Shown: positions 1-13,184 of the stretch, one piece after another
How the letters are laid out: each line of letters opens with the position of its first letter
Position numbering within the stretch: position 1 is the stretch's first letter
Assembly (NCBI GenBank): GCA_003971905.1
Contig: RSEE01000018.1
Coordinates: 186,001 to 250,000 of the forward strand
Source: Moniliella sp. 'wahieum'
Taxonomy: Eukaryota
Direction: 5' to 3'
DNA: 64,000 bases
Made by a program: the position numbers and the translations under genes
Notes under the pieces: generated by a model
What the model was told of the DNA's origin: nothing
What the model saw: only the letters and a program-made list of their open reading frames with translations
Databases searched by the model: none

Positions 1-1247
1 GAGCAGGGCTGGTGGCAGAACTGTCTCTGGATCATAGAGGCAGTCAGAGAAGCAGATCCGCTTACAAAGCGGTGCGCAGACTGAGAGGAGCTTTCCTCGT
101 GTTCATCAAGGGAGATTGGGGTGCCTGTTTCTACTGGCACCGCCTGAGCTGGGATAGCCTTCTTCTTGGTAAGAACCGATGGAGAGGGAGCTTGGCTTTC
201 CAATGGCGCGTTAGGCCACACTTCATGCGTGTCTTTGTTAGCCAACTGAGGCTTCTCTTGACTCTTGGGAGTATTGAGGCTGGGGAGTGGGGCAGATGGC
301 GAGCCTGTACTTTTCTTGCTCTTATCCCCGCGCGCGACTCAAAAGGGCAGAAAGTGACCGCTTTGTATTGAGTGGATTGCGCGGTTTCAGCACCATCTTA
401 GGTGAGCGAGCATTTTTGGCATCCTTTGTCTCCGCCACCAACGGACTCGCCGACGTGGTAGCAAGATGCTGCACGCTTGGTGGTGTGGCTACCGCTCTCG
501 AAGCGGCGACCGCGGGCATGTTCTGGGACGAGGACAATGATTTCGACCGTGACCCAGCCCAACGAGAATGGGTAGGGGAGTGGGTGTTGGCGGGATAAAG
601 GTCGCGGGGCGAGGAGAGAAAGGGGCTTGTCGCGGAGGACTGCCGAGGTCGCTTCGTCCAGGCAAAGAATCGGAGGCACAGGAACCTGCAGCTTGGGCTT
701 TATTGTTTACCGCCTGCAACGGCCCATCCATTTTGTCCAGCTGTGTGGCAATGGTAGGGAAAGCTCGCCGTCCATCAGCAAAAGAAGCAAACGGCTTGGA
801 ATCCGCCACGGAACCAGCGAGGGGTGTGATGGGTGTGTAGGGCGTGCAGGGGGGACTGGTCTTGTAACTAGATCCAGGGCTGAGTGGGACGTTCGCGGAG
901 AGGCCGAGGTGTTGCTACCAAGCTTGGGAAGCCGAAACATGCCCCGTGACGATGGGCGAAGACCTCCAGAGACGGCCTCATCGAAAGGGCATCGAGCGAC
1001 GGCAGAGAATCGAGGGAGGGGCGCCAGCGCATCCCATGTGGTAAACCGCCGGACGAAGCAGACGCAACAGAGACGAGGCCGCTGGGTGATGCGCCCTCGG
1101 AGCTTGGGCGGGCTGCCGACCCGTCGGAGCCAGGAAATGAGCAGTCCTCCTCCTCTTCCCACGGCGCGAGGGAGTTGCGGGTGAGGCGGGGCCCGATGAG
1201 GTCATCGGCGTCGGCAGGGAGGTAGTCGAGGCGGGTAGCACGGGCAT
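1..1247 (-). CDS. Hypothetical Pro/Ser-rich protein, 5' part; runs off the left edge of the window
   Basis: An ATG at 1247 (MPVLPASTTSLPTPMTSSG...) follows a CT-rich leader. Overlapping minus-strand ORFs 978-1364, 489-809 and 322-537 read as one frameshifted low-complexity protein. No family motif recognised. Confidence 0.4.
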
Positions 1248-3509
1248 GACGATGAAAGGAAGCGTCGTCGGCGCGAGCTCCTCTTGGGCCAGGTCGTCGG
1301 TGTCGAGGCTGCCGGGGGTTGCGCGGAGCACCTGGCCGCTGGGGAGGAGAGGGGGCATGGGCAAGAAAAGAGAGATAGACAGACAGACGGGGCGGAGGGA
1401 GGGGGCAAGGAGCGTAGGGCTGGGCGGGATGGAGGAGACGGAGCAGAGGCCAAGACGGCTGAGAAAAGGACAGGGATGCCGGCGCTATCGATGCTATCGG
1501 TGATGCTGATGCGGATGGCGTCGCACGGCTTGGGCGTGGCGCGTGGCTGTGGCCGGGCAGAGCAGGTGGCTTGTCCAGCCTGTCCCCATCGCTGATCGCT
1601 GGCCCTGGCCGTTGATCGGCAGTGGCGCCGAGCGCTGCACGGGGCGCTGCGCTCTGCTGCCGACGGCTCTGTAACTCGCCAGTGCCCGTCTGCCCAGCCC
1701 GACCCCGCGCATCGCATTGGACCTGCAGGCCTGCCTTGTGCCTGACGCGTGTCCCGCACCATGCCAGTGTTCCACGCCCTGTGCGATCACACTGCAGCCA
1801 GCCATCATGCATCTGCATCACACATCACGCCATCAAGCTTCAAGCTTCAAGGTCTCAGGGCACCCGCCCCTCAAGCTGTCATCATGCATCAGACTTTAGG
1901 AGCTTTAGGCGTCATGCATCAGCCACCCTCAGATCCCCACCAGACCGATGCGCCTCCAGAGCCTCAGGGGCCGAGTCAGCTTTGCCAGGGTTTGCCCCTC
2001 TTGGGTTTAGAAATTCCTCCGAGGACAATATATTTGCTTTCGCAGTGCGCGTCGATGTGGTGGAAAAGGATTCCATTTTCTCGGTTCTTCCTCGTCGGCT
2101 CCAGGTGTTCTTCGTAAGGAAACAGGATTGCGCCACATGTACATGACCGTGCGTGACCAAAACTGACCGCAACCAGATGAGACTCCCCTTCGCAACGCAC
2201 TGAAAGAGCCTTATAGAGAAAGCTGGTCATGAGTAAGAACACAGAGGCGTGAAATGAAGACAATGTGCAGTGAATGGAAGTGGTGGTGGCTCTCAGGTTG
2301 TCCCGAGAAGACGTCACACAAGGCAGAACTATGCACAGTAAGCGCCATTGAAAAGGCCCACGGGAAGGAGAGAGCAGTGCCCCCCAACTCCCGGGGTCTT
2401 CCCAAACACAGACCAAAAGCAGCGCGTCGTCGATCTTTACTCTCATTGATTGTCATTTGCCCATTCTGCATGTCCTCCGAAGTTCTACGGATGTACATCG
2501 GCTTCTTCGAATTTGTTTCATTCCAGGTGCGTTATGGGGCTTTTATTAATAGACGTCAGGTAACCGCTTCTCGGGTACTAATCACATATATCAATCAACA
2601 GGGTCTCTTCTCTTTCTCTCAACATAATGCCACAGAGGCGTCACCTGTATCATCACCGCCATTGCGTTTTACTTTCTACTCGTTTCCAGAGAATAACGGC
2701 ACAAACTTCTCCTGTTTCTCCAGCAATATAATACATCCGGCTCAATGGCCCAATCGAAATCCAAGGGGGCAACAACTCTTGATGAGCCTTATGTGCCCCT
2801 CTTTTGTCAAGGTCTGACGAAAATGGTAGAGTGTAGATCGTTTCTTTTTTATTATGATTCGCAAAGGCTGTAGACGATGGGGACAAGAGGGAGAGAAGTG
2901 TGCTCAAGGCCCCCCAATTTCGCCCAACAGCATCTCCAGTGTTTGCTCAGATGCTCTCATGTCCACCAATGGGAAGAAGGCAATGGGATTGCAATCAGGG
3001 TATTCTGCTTTCCGCCCCTCTCTCCAAATCGGGCGCGCCACACAACAAGAATGGATACGAGTAAGCGGGGTATTTACACGAGTGCGACCATTCCTATCTA
3101 AGGAAACCATTTGGGTCTAGTATAATCCTTGCAGTGGTCAACCAAAAGTATATATATTTGCAGAGTCCTAGCGGCATTATGTGGTTGTTGTTCCCTTGAG
3201 TTCATTAAGTCGACATCATAGTCAAGGAGGTAGAATGTGAAGATATCTTATTCTCAAGTGGGTTTCTCATATTATACTTGATGTTGTTATATCAATCCGG
3301 TTCGAGCACAGGCGATTTGCATGGACGAGAGGGTGATGGGGAGAGACGTGTCTCTCAGTGTATATTGCCTTCCGTATGGAACACATTCCTTTTCCTCCCT
3401 GATCTTCCTCATTATACTTACATCTCACGGTATGAACCAATCAAAGCCAGTATAGCTTCTGGATCCTGCTAGAAGTCAGATGTAGATGGTCGAGGGGTGG
3501 AATAGCAGC

Positions 3510-4350
3510 GTATTAAGCGGTCCCGGACGTATGACCCGTCCTTGCCATTTGCGGGGAATTCGATGAGCCTTGGTTGAACGGCCAATCGGAGCCCACGGGC
3601 GTCTTATATATATCTGGCATTTCATCCTGATGGCGAAAGCAAAGGTAAGGATAGAGGGGGGGAGAGGTCCTCTAATGTCAATGGGGGGCTGCCTGCCACA
3701 TATGCAAAAAGGTGCACAGATAAAGTCCTCGGTGGAGAAGGAGTATTACCATGTGAGGGCCAACTATATGTATTACCTGTTGAAGGGATCCAGAAGCTCT
3801 GCGTCAGCAAAGATCCACTCTGTTGTTACCGCGAGTATCGCTCTAGAGTATATGAAATGGCACAGATTTGTACCTAAACGGTAGATTCAGGCTACTGACC
3901 TGGGGAATCCGCGCCTTGCAGTTCGTGCGAATAGTAAATTTTCGTAAGAAAACCGATGCGTAAGGGTAAGGGCGTGTGGAGAAAAGTCAACAGTGATGAA
4001 GGAAGAAAGTGGAAGGGTAATCAAGGTGTTGACCCCGGTATTAGTCACGTGGAAAACCGGTGGAGACATTGAAGACCATAGCCAGCGAGAGCTTCCTTAT
4101 AACAGAGGCCGCTTATTTATACTACTAATTACTCTCTGTCACCGTACCAATCAGAACAAAAGTATACTCTCTGTTGACTATGATCCTCCGGCTCCCAACA
4201 AGCGGTAGACCAGGTTCGCCTCGGTTCCATCGGCTTCCACGCTGTGGGTATCGTCCCAAGCGTGTGGCACTGTCCCAATACCCTGCGTTCTCTCTCGTGC
4301 GCCTCACCGTCTGTTGGCTCCGCGTCTAGTCCGGCCTCCTATATAGATGC
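3510..4350 (-). mobile_element. Highly decayed solo-LTR-like copy, same family as 40440-41400 and 44374-45314
   Basis: Ordered anchors shared with 40500-40990: ACGGCCAATCGGAGC (3578 vs 40508), GGCTGCCTG, GTTGAAGGG, CCGCGnCTTGCA, TTCGTAAG, CAGCGAG..CTTATA. Ends are not resolved. Confidence 0.55.
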
Positions 4351-4829
4351 CTCTATACCCAACAAGCCCTACTCTGGCTGCAATCCATCACCTTTTCTCA
4401 TCATTCTGCCCATCCGGCTCCCTAGGCCAACACTTTCTCTCAACCGGATGTGAGTAGTCACAGGCAAGTGAACAAGGGAGAAGACCAAGGTCTAGGCGGA
4501 GACGGGGAGTAGAACAGCAAGTTCGGTCGTGGGAGGAAACATCAGGCATCGGACAACAAGGAGCAAGAGTAAGGGGGGAGATAGGGAGAGCGAGGTATAC
4601 AATTCCGAATTGGATATTGGAGCGAGAGCTGTTCAATCACTCGAAGGCAGTGACAGGTTTTTTTATACAACTATCTCTACTAAATAGAGGCAAAGAATTA
4701 TAGTCCGTATGCGGACTTCAAGGGCCCTATGTTATTAGCGCTGCGCAGTCGGTGCTCAGTATAAAAAAGGGTTCCGCTAAGGCTGGGCGTAATGAAGAGG
4801 CAGAGGCAGACTCCGCCACTGCCCGCCCA

Positions 4830-5218
4830 TGTTGTATAAGACACTGTGGCTGGAACCCAATTATATGTATTGGGTTAAGAACCTGTGGAGAAGTAATGTA
4901 ATGAATGACACATGTATCGGCTTTGGAAACGATCGAAAGGGGGAGATGAAAGGGTGATAAAACAATGCACCGTATAATTGATTGTACCTACGGAGGCCCC
5001 CGCAAGGGTCCCAATATCTCTGCTGGTCATTTTCATAGCTGGCTGCGCTGAGCGCGCTGAGCGCTGGCGATGGATGAGAAAGAAACTGCGCTTGGGGGCG
5101 GAGGGGGCGGAGGAGCAAAGACCGTTGCGGGGGGTACGCACGCGGGTACGTCTCCTGTTCAATCCTATACTGGAGTACCCAACCATAAAAGTAACGTTAC
5201 TGTGGCGTGTGCATGACA
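4830..5218 (-). mobile_element. Possible solo LTR of a different family
   Basis: ~390-bp non-coding segment bounded by TGTTG...TGACA (TG..CA ends) inside a repeat-rich intergenic zone. No TSD found. Confidence 0.25.
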
Positions 5219-6400
5219 TCACAGATCTCAGGAAAAGACTTAACCGGACTGATCGAGCAAAGGGTGCTGCTAACGCCTGTTCGCCAGTCGTGCTAGCGTT
5301 GCTTCCGCCTGCTAGTATACGCAGCCCTCCGACGTAGCATCATGTAGCTCTGCGCTCCTCGGCTCGCGCTCGAGTTGAGCGGCCCCGCCGCGTTGCTCCG
5401 CAGCTGTTATTACCCTTTTATTGTCGCTGCTGTCCCACAGGCCACTCACCAGCTACGCACCGACGCCCGCGCGAGCGGCATACCGCGAAACACGTAACGC
5501 GTAACGACGGAGCGCACTGGGCTGTGCTGTGCCCCAGTGCCAGATGCTCGTACCGCCTCCTACAGCCCACTTCGAGCAAGTGTCAGCCACTCGTTGTTCC
5601 ACGTGTTCGCGGACCCGAGCAGCCGAGGCACTGCATGGCACTGTTCCTGTTCATGCACCGCCACCTGCATGCGAGGGCGAACACCTATTCGTGGCTGCCC
5701 TCGTGCCGGGGAGTATACAATCGTGCGGATGGGAGCACTGGGCCGCAGTGGGGGCAAATTGATTTGAGAGGGTGCTCGCGCCCGCATGTACCTTGCCACA
5801 GCGACGGTCTGCGACGGCAGAGATCGCGCGCAGTGCTGCCAGGCGCCTGGGGACGCTGTGGGTAAAGACGTGTAGAGGCACTGTCGCCCGGGCGCTGAGC
5901 GTTGGCCGGTGACGCGTGACGCCTGAGGCGCTCAGGCGGAGGACAGAGGCAGGCGCGGGCGGGCTCTGTGCGGGGTTTGTCGTACGAGCCGCCGCCGGCG
6001 GGGGCAGGGGGGGGGCAGTCGCTGCACTGGCACGGGGACTCCGCCCACGCCTGCTTTCCCCTTGCACATTCAGGCATTTGAGGGCAGCAAAAAAACAGTG
6101 CGGCACTCTGCACGTGGGCAGTGCGCCTGCAGTGGAGGATGGGAACTGCCCCCGTGCGTGTGCCCGCCCCCCCCCCCGCGCCGCCGACACTGGGCTGGCG
6201 CAGCGCCGGCGAACGCCGGCGTGGAAACGGACACTCACTAGTCACTAGTCACTCCTGCACACTCTGTGCCGGCCAGCACGCCTCTCCCAACACCCCCGAC
6301 CACCAACCCCTCGCCTTCCTCCCCCCCGTTCGCATCGCCCACCGCCACCGCCTCCGCTTCCACCTCCTCTGCCTTGCTCGGCTGTTTGCCTCTGGCCGCC

Positions 6401-8340
6401 ATGGCGCACACTCTTGTATCCCCCCACGCACGCCCCCGCCAGCGCCGCACCCAGTCCTGGTCTGCCGCCTTCAGCCTCCTGCCCTTGCAGGCAGCGCGCG
6501 AATCCCCATTGGCCCTCCTCGACACCGACTCTGGTCAGGACGATTATGATGATGACGGCGGTATGCACAGCCATTCTGCCTATGTGTCTGCTGCTTCCTC
6601 CCATGGCCCCGCCTCTTCTTCCTGGTGGCCCTTTCGCCGCCAGCATCGTAACTTCACCACCGGGTACTCCCGCCTGCCCCAAACGCCTGACCCTTTCTCA
6701 CACTCTTCCAACCCGTCGTCTGCTTCATCGTCTGTCAATAACGAAAAGCAACATAATTGCCGCTCACCCTCTTCCTCACGCTTCAGCCTTCCCCTTCCCC
6801 TTCCCCTTCGCCGCCGTCGTCGTCGTCGACTGCCTTCCCGTAGGTGGTTCCCTCTCAGCAAGCGATGGCTTGCAAGAGTCCTAATCACTTTCGTCATGAG
6901 CGCACTGTTTGTGTGGCTGCTTCTTTACCAAGTTGTGCAGCCACCCCCGTACAACGTCGTACGATCTGGCAACTACTCCAAAGTACTTTCCCAGTTTGTT
7001 GCAGAGCAAAACCTGGTTCCCATGCAAGGCATGCCAGACCGAGTAAATTGGTCCAACGCCATTGCCGAGCAGCTGTCGCACCTCGAGCGCTGGACACACG
7101 AACGTTCCGAGACACTCGATTGCTCTGGCAAGCACCGCTCTACACTTGTCACTGTGCCTAACGATGCCGCCGCACCCCCACCAATGATTCCAAGGGTCAC
7201 TTTTAGCTCGGACCACGACGTTCCCCCACCCACGATCTCGCTCGGTGGAAGGGAGAATGGGCGGAGTTGGATTTTGATCCCCAGTTTCTCGATGAGAAGG
7301 CGGCGGATGCATTTGTCGACAAGCACTTTGGTCTCGTGAGCTTAGAGGAGCCATCGGACACGCGACGTATGGTACACCGTACCAAACCTGCTCCGAGCGG
7401 TTAAGTGCGACCCAGCATGCTTGGCGTGCTCTTCCTCGAGGAGTTCTACGTGCCGACTTTTTGCGCTACCTTCTCCTCCTCGTTCATGGCGGCACGTGGG
7501 CCGACATGGACGTCACACCTATCGCACCGCGCTCCACCTGGACTGTGCCCCACGCACGCTGGGTCTCCGTTTCGGAGCAACCGGTCTCACAAAGCCATAC
7601 GAACGGCACCTACCCCACCCCCGGCACTGCAACCCCCCCGGCGCAGGAACCGATCCGACTGGTCGTTGGTTTGGAATGCGAACCATGGGAGTACATGAGC
7701 CACAGTGCGCGGGCCTGGCTTGAATCTGCTCACATCCTTCCCATGAACCGTCACCGGGAAGTGCAGTTTACTCAGTGGGCTTTGCACAGTAGCGCAGGGC
7801 ATCCTGTGCTCGTTGACGTGCTGCGTCGGTTGCTGCTGACAGACAAACTGTACGATGCGTACCAAGTCGAGTCCAGGTCCAGCCCTTTGTATCAAATGTC
7901 GACCGATGGAGATCGGATTGCGCTGGGGCGTACCCGGCCTCCCTGGGCGGACATTCAAGCTGCACGCAAGTGGATTGCACCAGCCCCCATTACCCTATCG
8001 AGGACAATAAGTGGGACGATGAGTTGTCCCCTTGGCTTCGGTGGTCGATCTGGCCATGGATGTGGTCCTGGCCCCGCTGGGGGTGGCATGAGTTGAGTGT
8101 TGAAGAGTGGACCGGTCCTGCGCTTTGGACGGACGCTGTGTTTAGCTACTTGCATGCTGTGGCGGGGATACGGCCAAGGGATCTGTATGGTCTCACCGAG
8201 CCAGTCCAAGTGGCCGATGTATTAATTGCGCCCGGCAGCTGGTTCAACCCCCCCACTCCCGCGTGGATCTGCATTCCAAGGTTGTGCACAACTTCCGTGG
8301 GTCTTGGAAACATGGAGCAGATACGGTGCCACCCATGTAG
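6401..8340 (+). CDS. Glycosyltransferase family 32 (OCH1/HOC1-like alpha-1,6-mannosyltransferase), type II membrane protein; frameshifted in this assembly
   Basis: Basic cluster followed by a TM helix (RVLITFVMSALFVWLLLY). Motifs MIPRVT, (D)FLRYLLLLVHGGTWADMD (DxD), LVVGLECE, QFTQWAL, GHPVL, EWTGPALWTDAV, VQVADVLI and terminal VHNFRGSWK; stop at 8338-8340. Confidence 0.88.
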
Positions 8341-10064
8341 CAATAAACCTCTTGTCGTTGCGGGCCCTCCGGATCCATTGGAACGGATGGGGCTTGCACC
8401 ATGATGATCACCAGAAGCAATCCCGCTCTTTTCTCTCTTTTCCCTATATGCACTTCTCCCATCTTCCCCTTGCTCTCCCTGTTCCCTGCTCCGACCGTTC
8501 CTGCACACATCTTTGCTCCTTTTTTCGTATCACTTGCTCTACCATTCCAAATGAAACATGCGAATCGTCTCTCGCCATACCCTCTCCTCTCCCCTCCCCT
8601 ACTTGCCTCTTTGCCCTTGGTCCTGCCCTAAGGATCTCTCCCCCCAATGCACACATCCGTGGTGCACACCACTAGGTGTGTTCCGCTTATCTCCGACCTG
8701 CCTGCATTCTTCCCTCCTGCTCAGAAGACCATGCACAGTGAATATCATAACATGGCCCCGTTATGGCTTTGGACATTTCTGTCATCCACAGGGGTGTCGA
8801 ATGACAATCGAGTGAAGTCTCGCGATAATCTACTCACTCGACGAAATAGAAGGGAGGTACATAAGCGTGCTCCCGCGATGTAGAGACCGGCCTGCCTCAG
8901 GGCCTTAGGCCTTATGTCAGGCCCAGGTCAGATGAGTCCATAGGTGACGTCACCGAAGAGCTGCCCCGCCAGCGCTCCCCTCGAGCGGAAACAAGCGGCG
9001 GAATAACCCCAGTGGAGGAGAAGAAAATTGGGACGGCAAGCGCAGCCTTTTAACTTGCTGGTGCCGGTGACTCAAGGTGCTCTCCCCACCACCACTCTCA
9101 CTTTCGGTATGTTGTCCTTCCAATCATCTCGGCGATGATTACACTATTATCCACACTGTTTGATCCCTCTGGGGACGTGATTGACGACTACTACAACGGT
9201 AGATGAGCCGCTACAATCAAACACCGGATTGGCTCGAACACCAACTGACTCTCATTGGTTTTTTCTTTCTCGTCTGTCCAGCCTCTTTGCCTTGCGCCTC
9301 ACGCGCCACAGGTGTCCCACACTGTTCTTTTCTCCCCCGCCATCTCTACGATACTACATTGCATGTTTCTATCCTCCTCACTTTCCTCTCCCGTTACGGA
9401 TTTGCCTATTTGGGTTCGGGCGTGCTTGACTATAGTTCCTAGCTATGATGAACCTATGACAGCGCAATGGCAGTGGTTCCTGCCAGAGAACAAATCCGTA
9501 GAGGTGTATCAGCCTGATAAACCTGATACTCGGATGCATCGCTTTCGCTCGCAAGGCCAGTTCCCATTCAAGGGACAGTGATATCTCCTACTGCATGTTT
9601 ACTGTACTTGAAGCTTGGACCAGGTGCATACTACGCATGGCATGGGGGGAACGCTCATGGGGAATACAAAAAACAACAGGGGAAAAGAAGCGACAAAGCG
9701 TCGAACATATGGGCGTCCCGTCGTTGCATTCATTGCCCGAACAGACAACGAACAACAACTACCCAAGAACCTAACCGTAATAAAACAGCACGCGCGGGAG
9801 GGAGAAAAGGAAAACATTGACCCGTCAGGATGGGTACTATCCCGCGTCAGAATGCGCGACTTGAGCCTGCGATGAACAAGCGGGGAGAAGAGGAGATTCG
9901 GAGGCATAGATGGAGGAGGGGGGGGGGTAAAACTTGCTGGCGCTGGAATGTGCAAAGGTGTTCAGGGGGTAATTGACGTGATCGGGTGAAGGTTCCATGG
10001 CAAGCCGGCCATGCACAGAGCCTTAGGTATCAACGCCGATGGTGCATCCCCCTGCCCTCCCAAC

Positions 10065-10688
10065 CTAGGCCGTGTGGTAGCTCAGCGATTCTTTCAATCC
10101 GCCCCCGCGCAAGGCGCCAGTAATAATCACGGACACCACCACAAGCATCATAGTCGTCAGGATAAAGTTGATATACCCAAACGCGATCAATGTTTCGTTG
10201 GCTGAACAGTACTTGAGGTGGGCAAAGTTGTGACTGCAGTTCATCCCACCGTACAGGGACCTGGTCAGCGCGGCTGACGCCGAGAGCCATAGGGCCCAGT
10301 CAATGAAGAGGAAAATAAAGTAGGAGATCACCGAGGTGAAGACACCACCAATGCCGACAAAGAAGCAAATGACCTGTATAGGGGTACGAGATAAGCCCGG
10401 CATTCCCGTCCGCTCCCAGTCAGTATTCTCCCGCTGTCATCACAGGATCACGAGCGCAGGGCAGGGCACACGCACATAGGCCGTGGAAAAGAGGAAAGAG
10501 AACCAGCCAACAAAGAGGAAGAGGCGGACACGCGCCTTGATGCCTCGCCCAGGGTGTTTGGCTTCGTCCTTGGCATTGTAGTCGTGCACAAGGATAGACG
10601 AGATGATGGCGACCACGAAGGAGAAGATGGAGAGCACACAGAGGCAGATAGGAGCGCCGCGGCGCACAATAGTACTGGCTTCAACCAT
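10065..10688 (-). CDS. MARVEL-domain four-TM membrane protein; 2 exons (10688-10476, 10373-10065)
   Basis: Four hydrophobic helices and a Cys pair before the last helix (MNC...YC). Clean 102-bp intron at 10374-10475 (GTGCGT...TACTGAC...CAG) joins ORFs 10440-10730 and 10065-10403 in frame. Confidence 0.8.
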
Positions 10689-11309
10689 AGTAGAGGGAAC
10701 AAGGCGATGTAGGCTGGTGCAAGGCAACAAGTGGTGGGCGTTCGGGAGCTACTTGCAGGCGTAGGCCATGGCCGTCCCCGCACTTTTAAACATGTGGACA
10801 TCCATCCATCAGCCCCGATGAAGTCCCTCAAGCCTCATGACGCACGAGCACGCACAGACCAGAGCGGCATGGGGGCAGTGAGACAGCTGGCCGCAGTGCT
10901 TGGTGGAGGGGAAACGCAGAGCAGAAGAGCCCTGGGGGGAGTGTACAGCGGTCCTGCAAGGGTAGGATGCCTGTGTTTTGTTTTGGCGGCACAGGCGAGA
11001 ACGAAAAAGGGGGCAGAACGCATAAGACCGATTACGATGCTGATATGACTCGGTAGGACTCGGCCGTGCGTAGCGCAGCATTGGGCCCATGCTGCGTACT
11101 GCCAGCCTGGAGGTGGGAGGCTGGGGCCCTCTGGACTGCGTCTGCGCTGGGCGTGGCTGCAGTGGTGGCTAGTGGCAGCAGCAGGCCAAGACACTGCTGG
11201 ACAAAGTGAATCACTGACCGCAACACCATGATGACACATCCGACACAGGCGCACAAGGGCTATTATATAATCGCATCAGATCTGTTGGTGGGACACAGCT
11301 TAATTAAAC

Positions 11310-11790
11310 ACCGGACTCAGGCTGAGGCTCAGCACTCTCAGCCGCTCAGCACCCAGGCTCAGGCTAAGGCTCAGCGCTGCGCCTCAGCGTAGTTGCGTTC
11401 AGTACGTGCTCAACGTTCTCAACGCTGAGGCCGAGGCCGTGAGGCTCCGGCTCGGGCCGGTTCACGGGAAGTGATAAGCTGAACTCAACGCACGTAACGC
11501 GTAACAGGCCTGAGCTGAGCTCAGGCTCAGCGCTGAGGCTCGGTCGTTCAGTACAAAGTCACTTAGCTTCAGCGCCAGCGCCAGCGCTCAGCCGGATTCA
11601 CTACTCACTAGTACTACTCACTCACTCCCATCGATCTAGACGTGTAGTACGATGAGTACTGCTCGGTATGAATCAGTCACCGGCCCGTCACCGCTAAAAG
11701 GCTCTTCAGCTTCAAGCTTCAGAGCTTCAGAGCTTCAGCGCTCAGGCTCAGCGCTCAGGCTCAGCCCACCTTTTCAGGACTTCAGCCTGG
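11310..11790. repeat. Dense array of short quasi-palindromic GCTNAGC/GCTCAG/CTTCAG units
   Basis: Dozens of GCTCAG/CTGAGC units in both orientations, e.g. GGCTCAGCGCTGAGGC and GCTCAGGCTCAGCGCTCAGGCTCAGC. No ORF in the track. Confidence 0.7.
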
Positions 11791-12709
11791 CCAGAGATCG
11801 ATGTTCTCGATGATCGATAGGGATTGATTTGCTGTGGTGAGCGAAAGTAGAGACAAGCGGAGAAGGAGGAGAGAGGGGAAAGGAGTGGCTTCACTATTGA
11901 GATCGGAGAGAGGGAAGACGAAGCCATGATACATGACAGCCGTGCTTTAGATGGAGAGAGTGAGCTTCCTGACTTCCCCTCAGGCCTCAGGCGAAATCAG
12001 CGGGCGCTATAGCTGCTGGGTGGATGATGTGGCTGAGAACGTCAGAGTCTGACTATGTCGATTATGCTCTAAATTGGCACACTGCGCTAGTGTCCCAACA
12101 ACACTGCTGTGCTGGTGCTCGGACACATCATTTATGCGGGGCCCCACGAGAGGAGACTTACTCTGTGAGAATGCTGAGCACACACATACCGGAGTATAGG
12201 ATGGGGGTCTTAAAAGCTTCAAGCTTTAAAGTTCGTGTCTGAGTCTGAGATCTGTGAAAAGGCCGCGTCTGACAGGCCGCTTTTTTCTCGTAGCCTGTCT
12301 CAAGCTTCAAGATTCGAGCTCCTCAAGCTTGAAGCTTCAAGCCCCACAACTCACGCCGAGGCGCTGAGGCTGAGACCTCAGCTTCTCATAGAACCTCTTC
12401 CCCTCTGGCTTCATTAAATCCCAGTTGCCCTATACACTAACCTTCCCCCGTGGAGGGTGGTGCTGCGTTCCCCTGCACGGCCCTCAGTTATCCGCGGCTG
12501 GCACTACTTAGGCCACTGCACTGCCCGTGCGTCTGCGCCTTTTCGTTTGTGCTCCATTGTTCGCTTCCCCCCCTGTCTTCTCTCACGGCCGACACCGTTT
12601 CCACTCCATACTTAGCTCGCCCTCGATTCTCATGATCCGCGTGATCAGCTGCCTAGCTCGTTCGGTCAGTAGGGGCCATCTGTCTGCAGTCAGCCAGTAG
12701 TCACACTCT

Positions 12710-12744
12710 AGTCACTAGTCACTAGTCACTAGTCACTAGTCACT
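12710..12744. repeat. (AGTCACT)5 heptamer tandem repeat
   Basis: Five exact copies read directly from the sequence. Confidence 0.95.
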
Positions 12745-13184
12745 GCGCATCAGGGGTGGCGGGAATTCGACGAGACATCAATTACAGAACAGAGGGCAAA
12801 TGGCTGGGGATCCGGGTGATACCCGGCGCGATACATGATACGCATGAGATGTGAGTGTTTGGTTAGCAGGGAAAGGGCGTATTAGGGAGGAACACCGGTA
12901 TATAGAGGGGCATGAATTGCAGGTAATGAAACAGGAATTTGTAAGGGGACGACGCCTGGTGGCACCGAACCGCCAAGTGCAAAAGGAGCACAGATATGTC
13001 ATCTGCACGCCGTATTGTACCGGCGATCCAAGTCGCGCCGGGTTGTGACGTTCTCGCCCGATAAAGCAACAGATCACAAGCAAAAAGTCTATGATGTCAG
13101 ACACAACAAATGAGACCGGTCACAAATGTTATACTTCGAAGCTGTGGCTGCAGCCTCCCCAAACGAAGACATATATGTGTACTC

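Noticed and set aside
11310..12750. CRISPR-like array
   Set aside because: There is no constant 25-45-bp repeat with unique spacers and no cas gene, and the context is eukaryotic.
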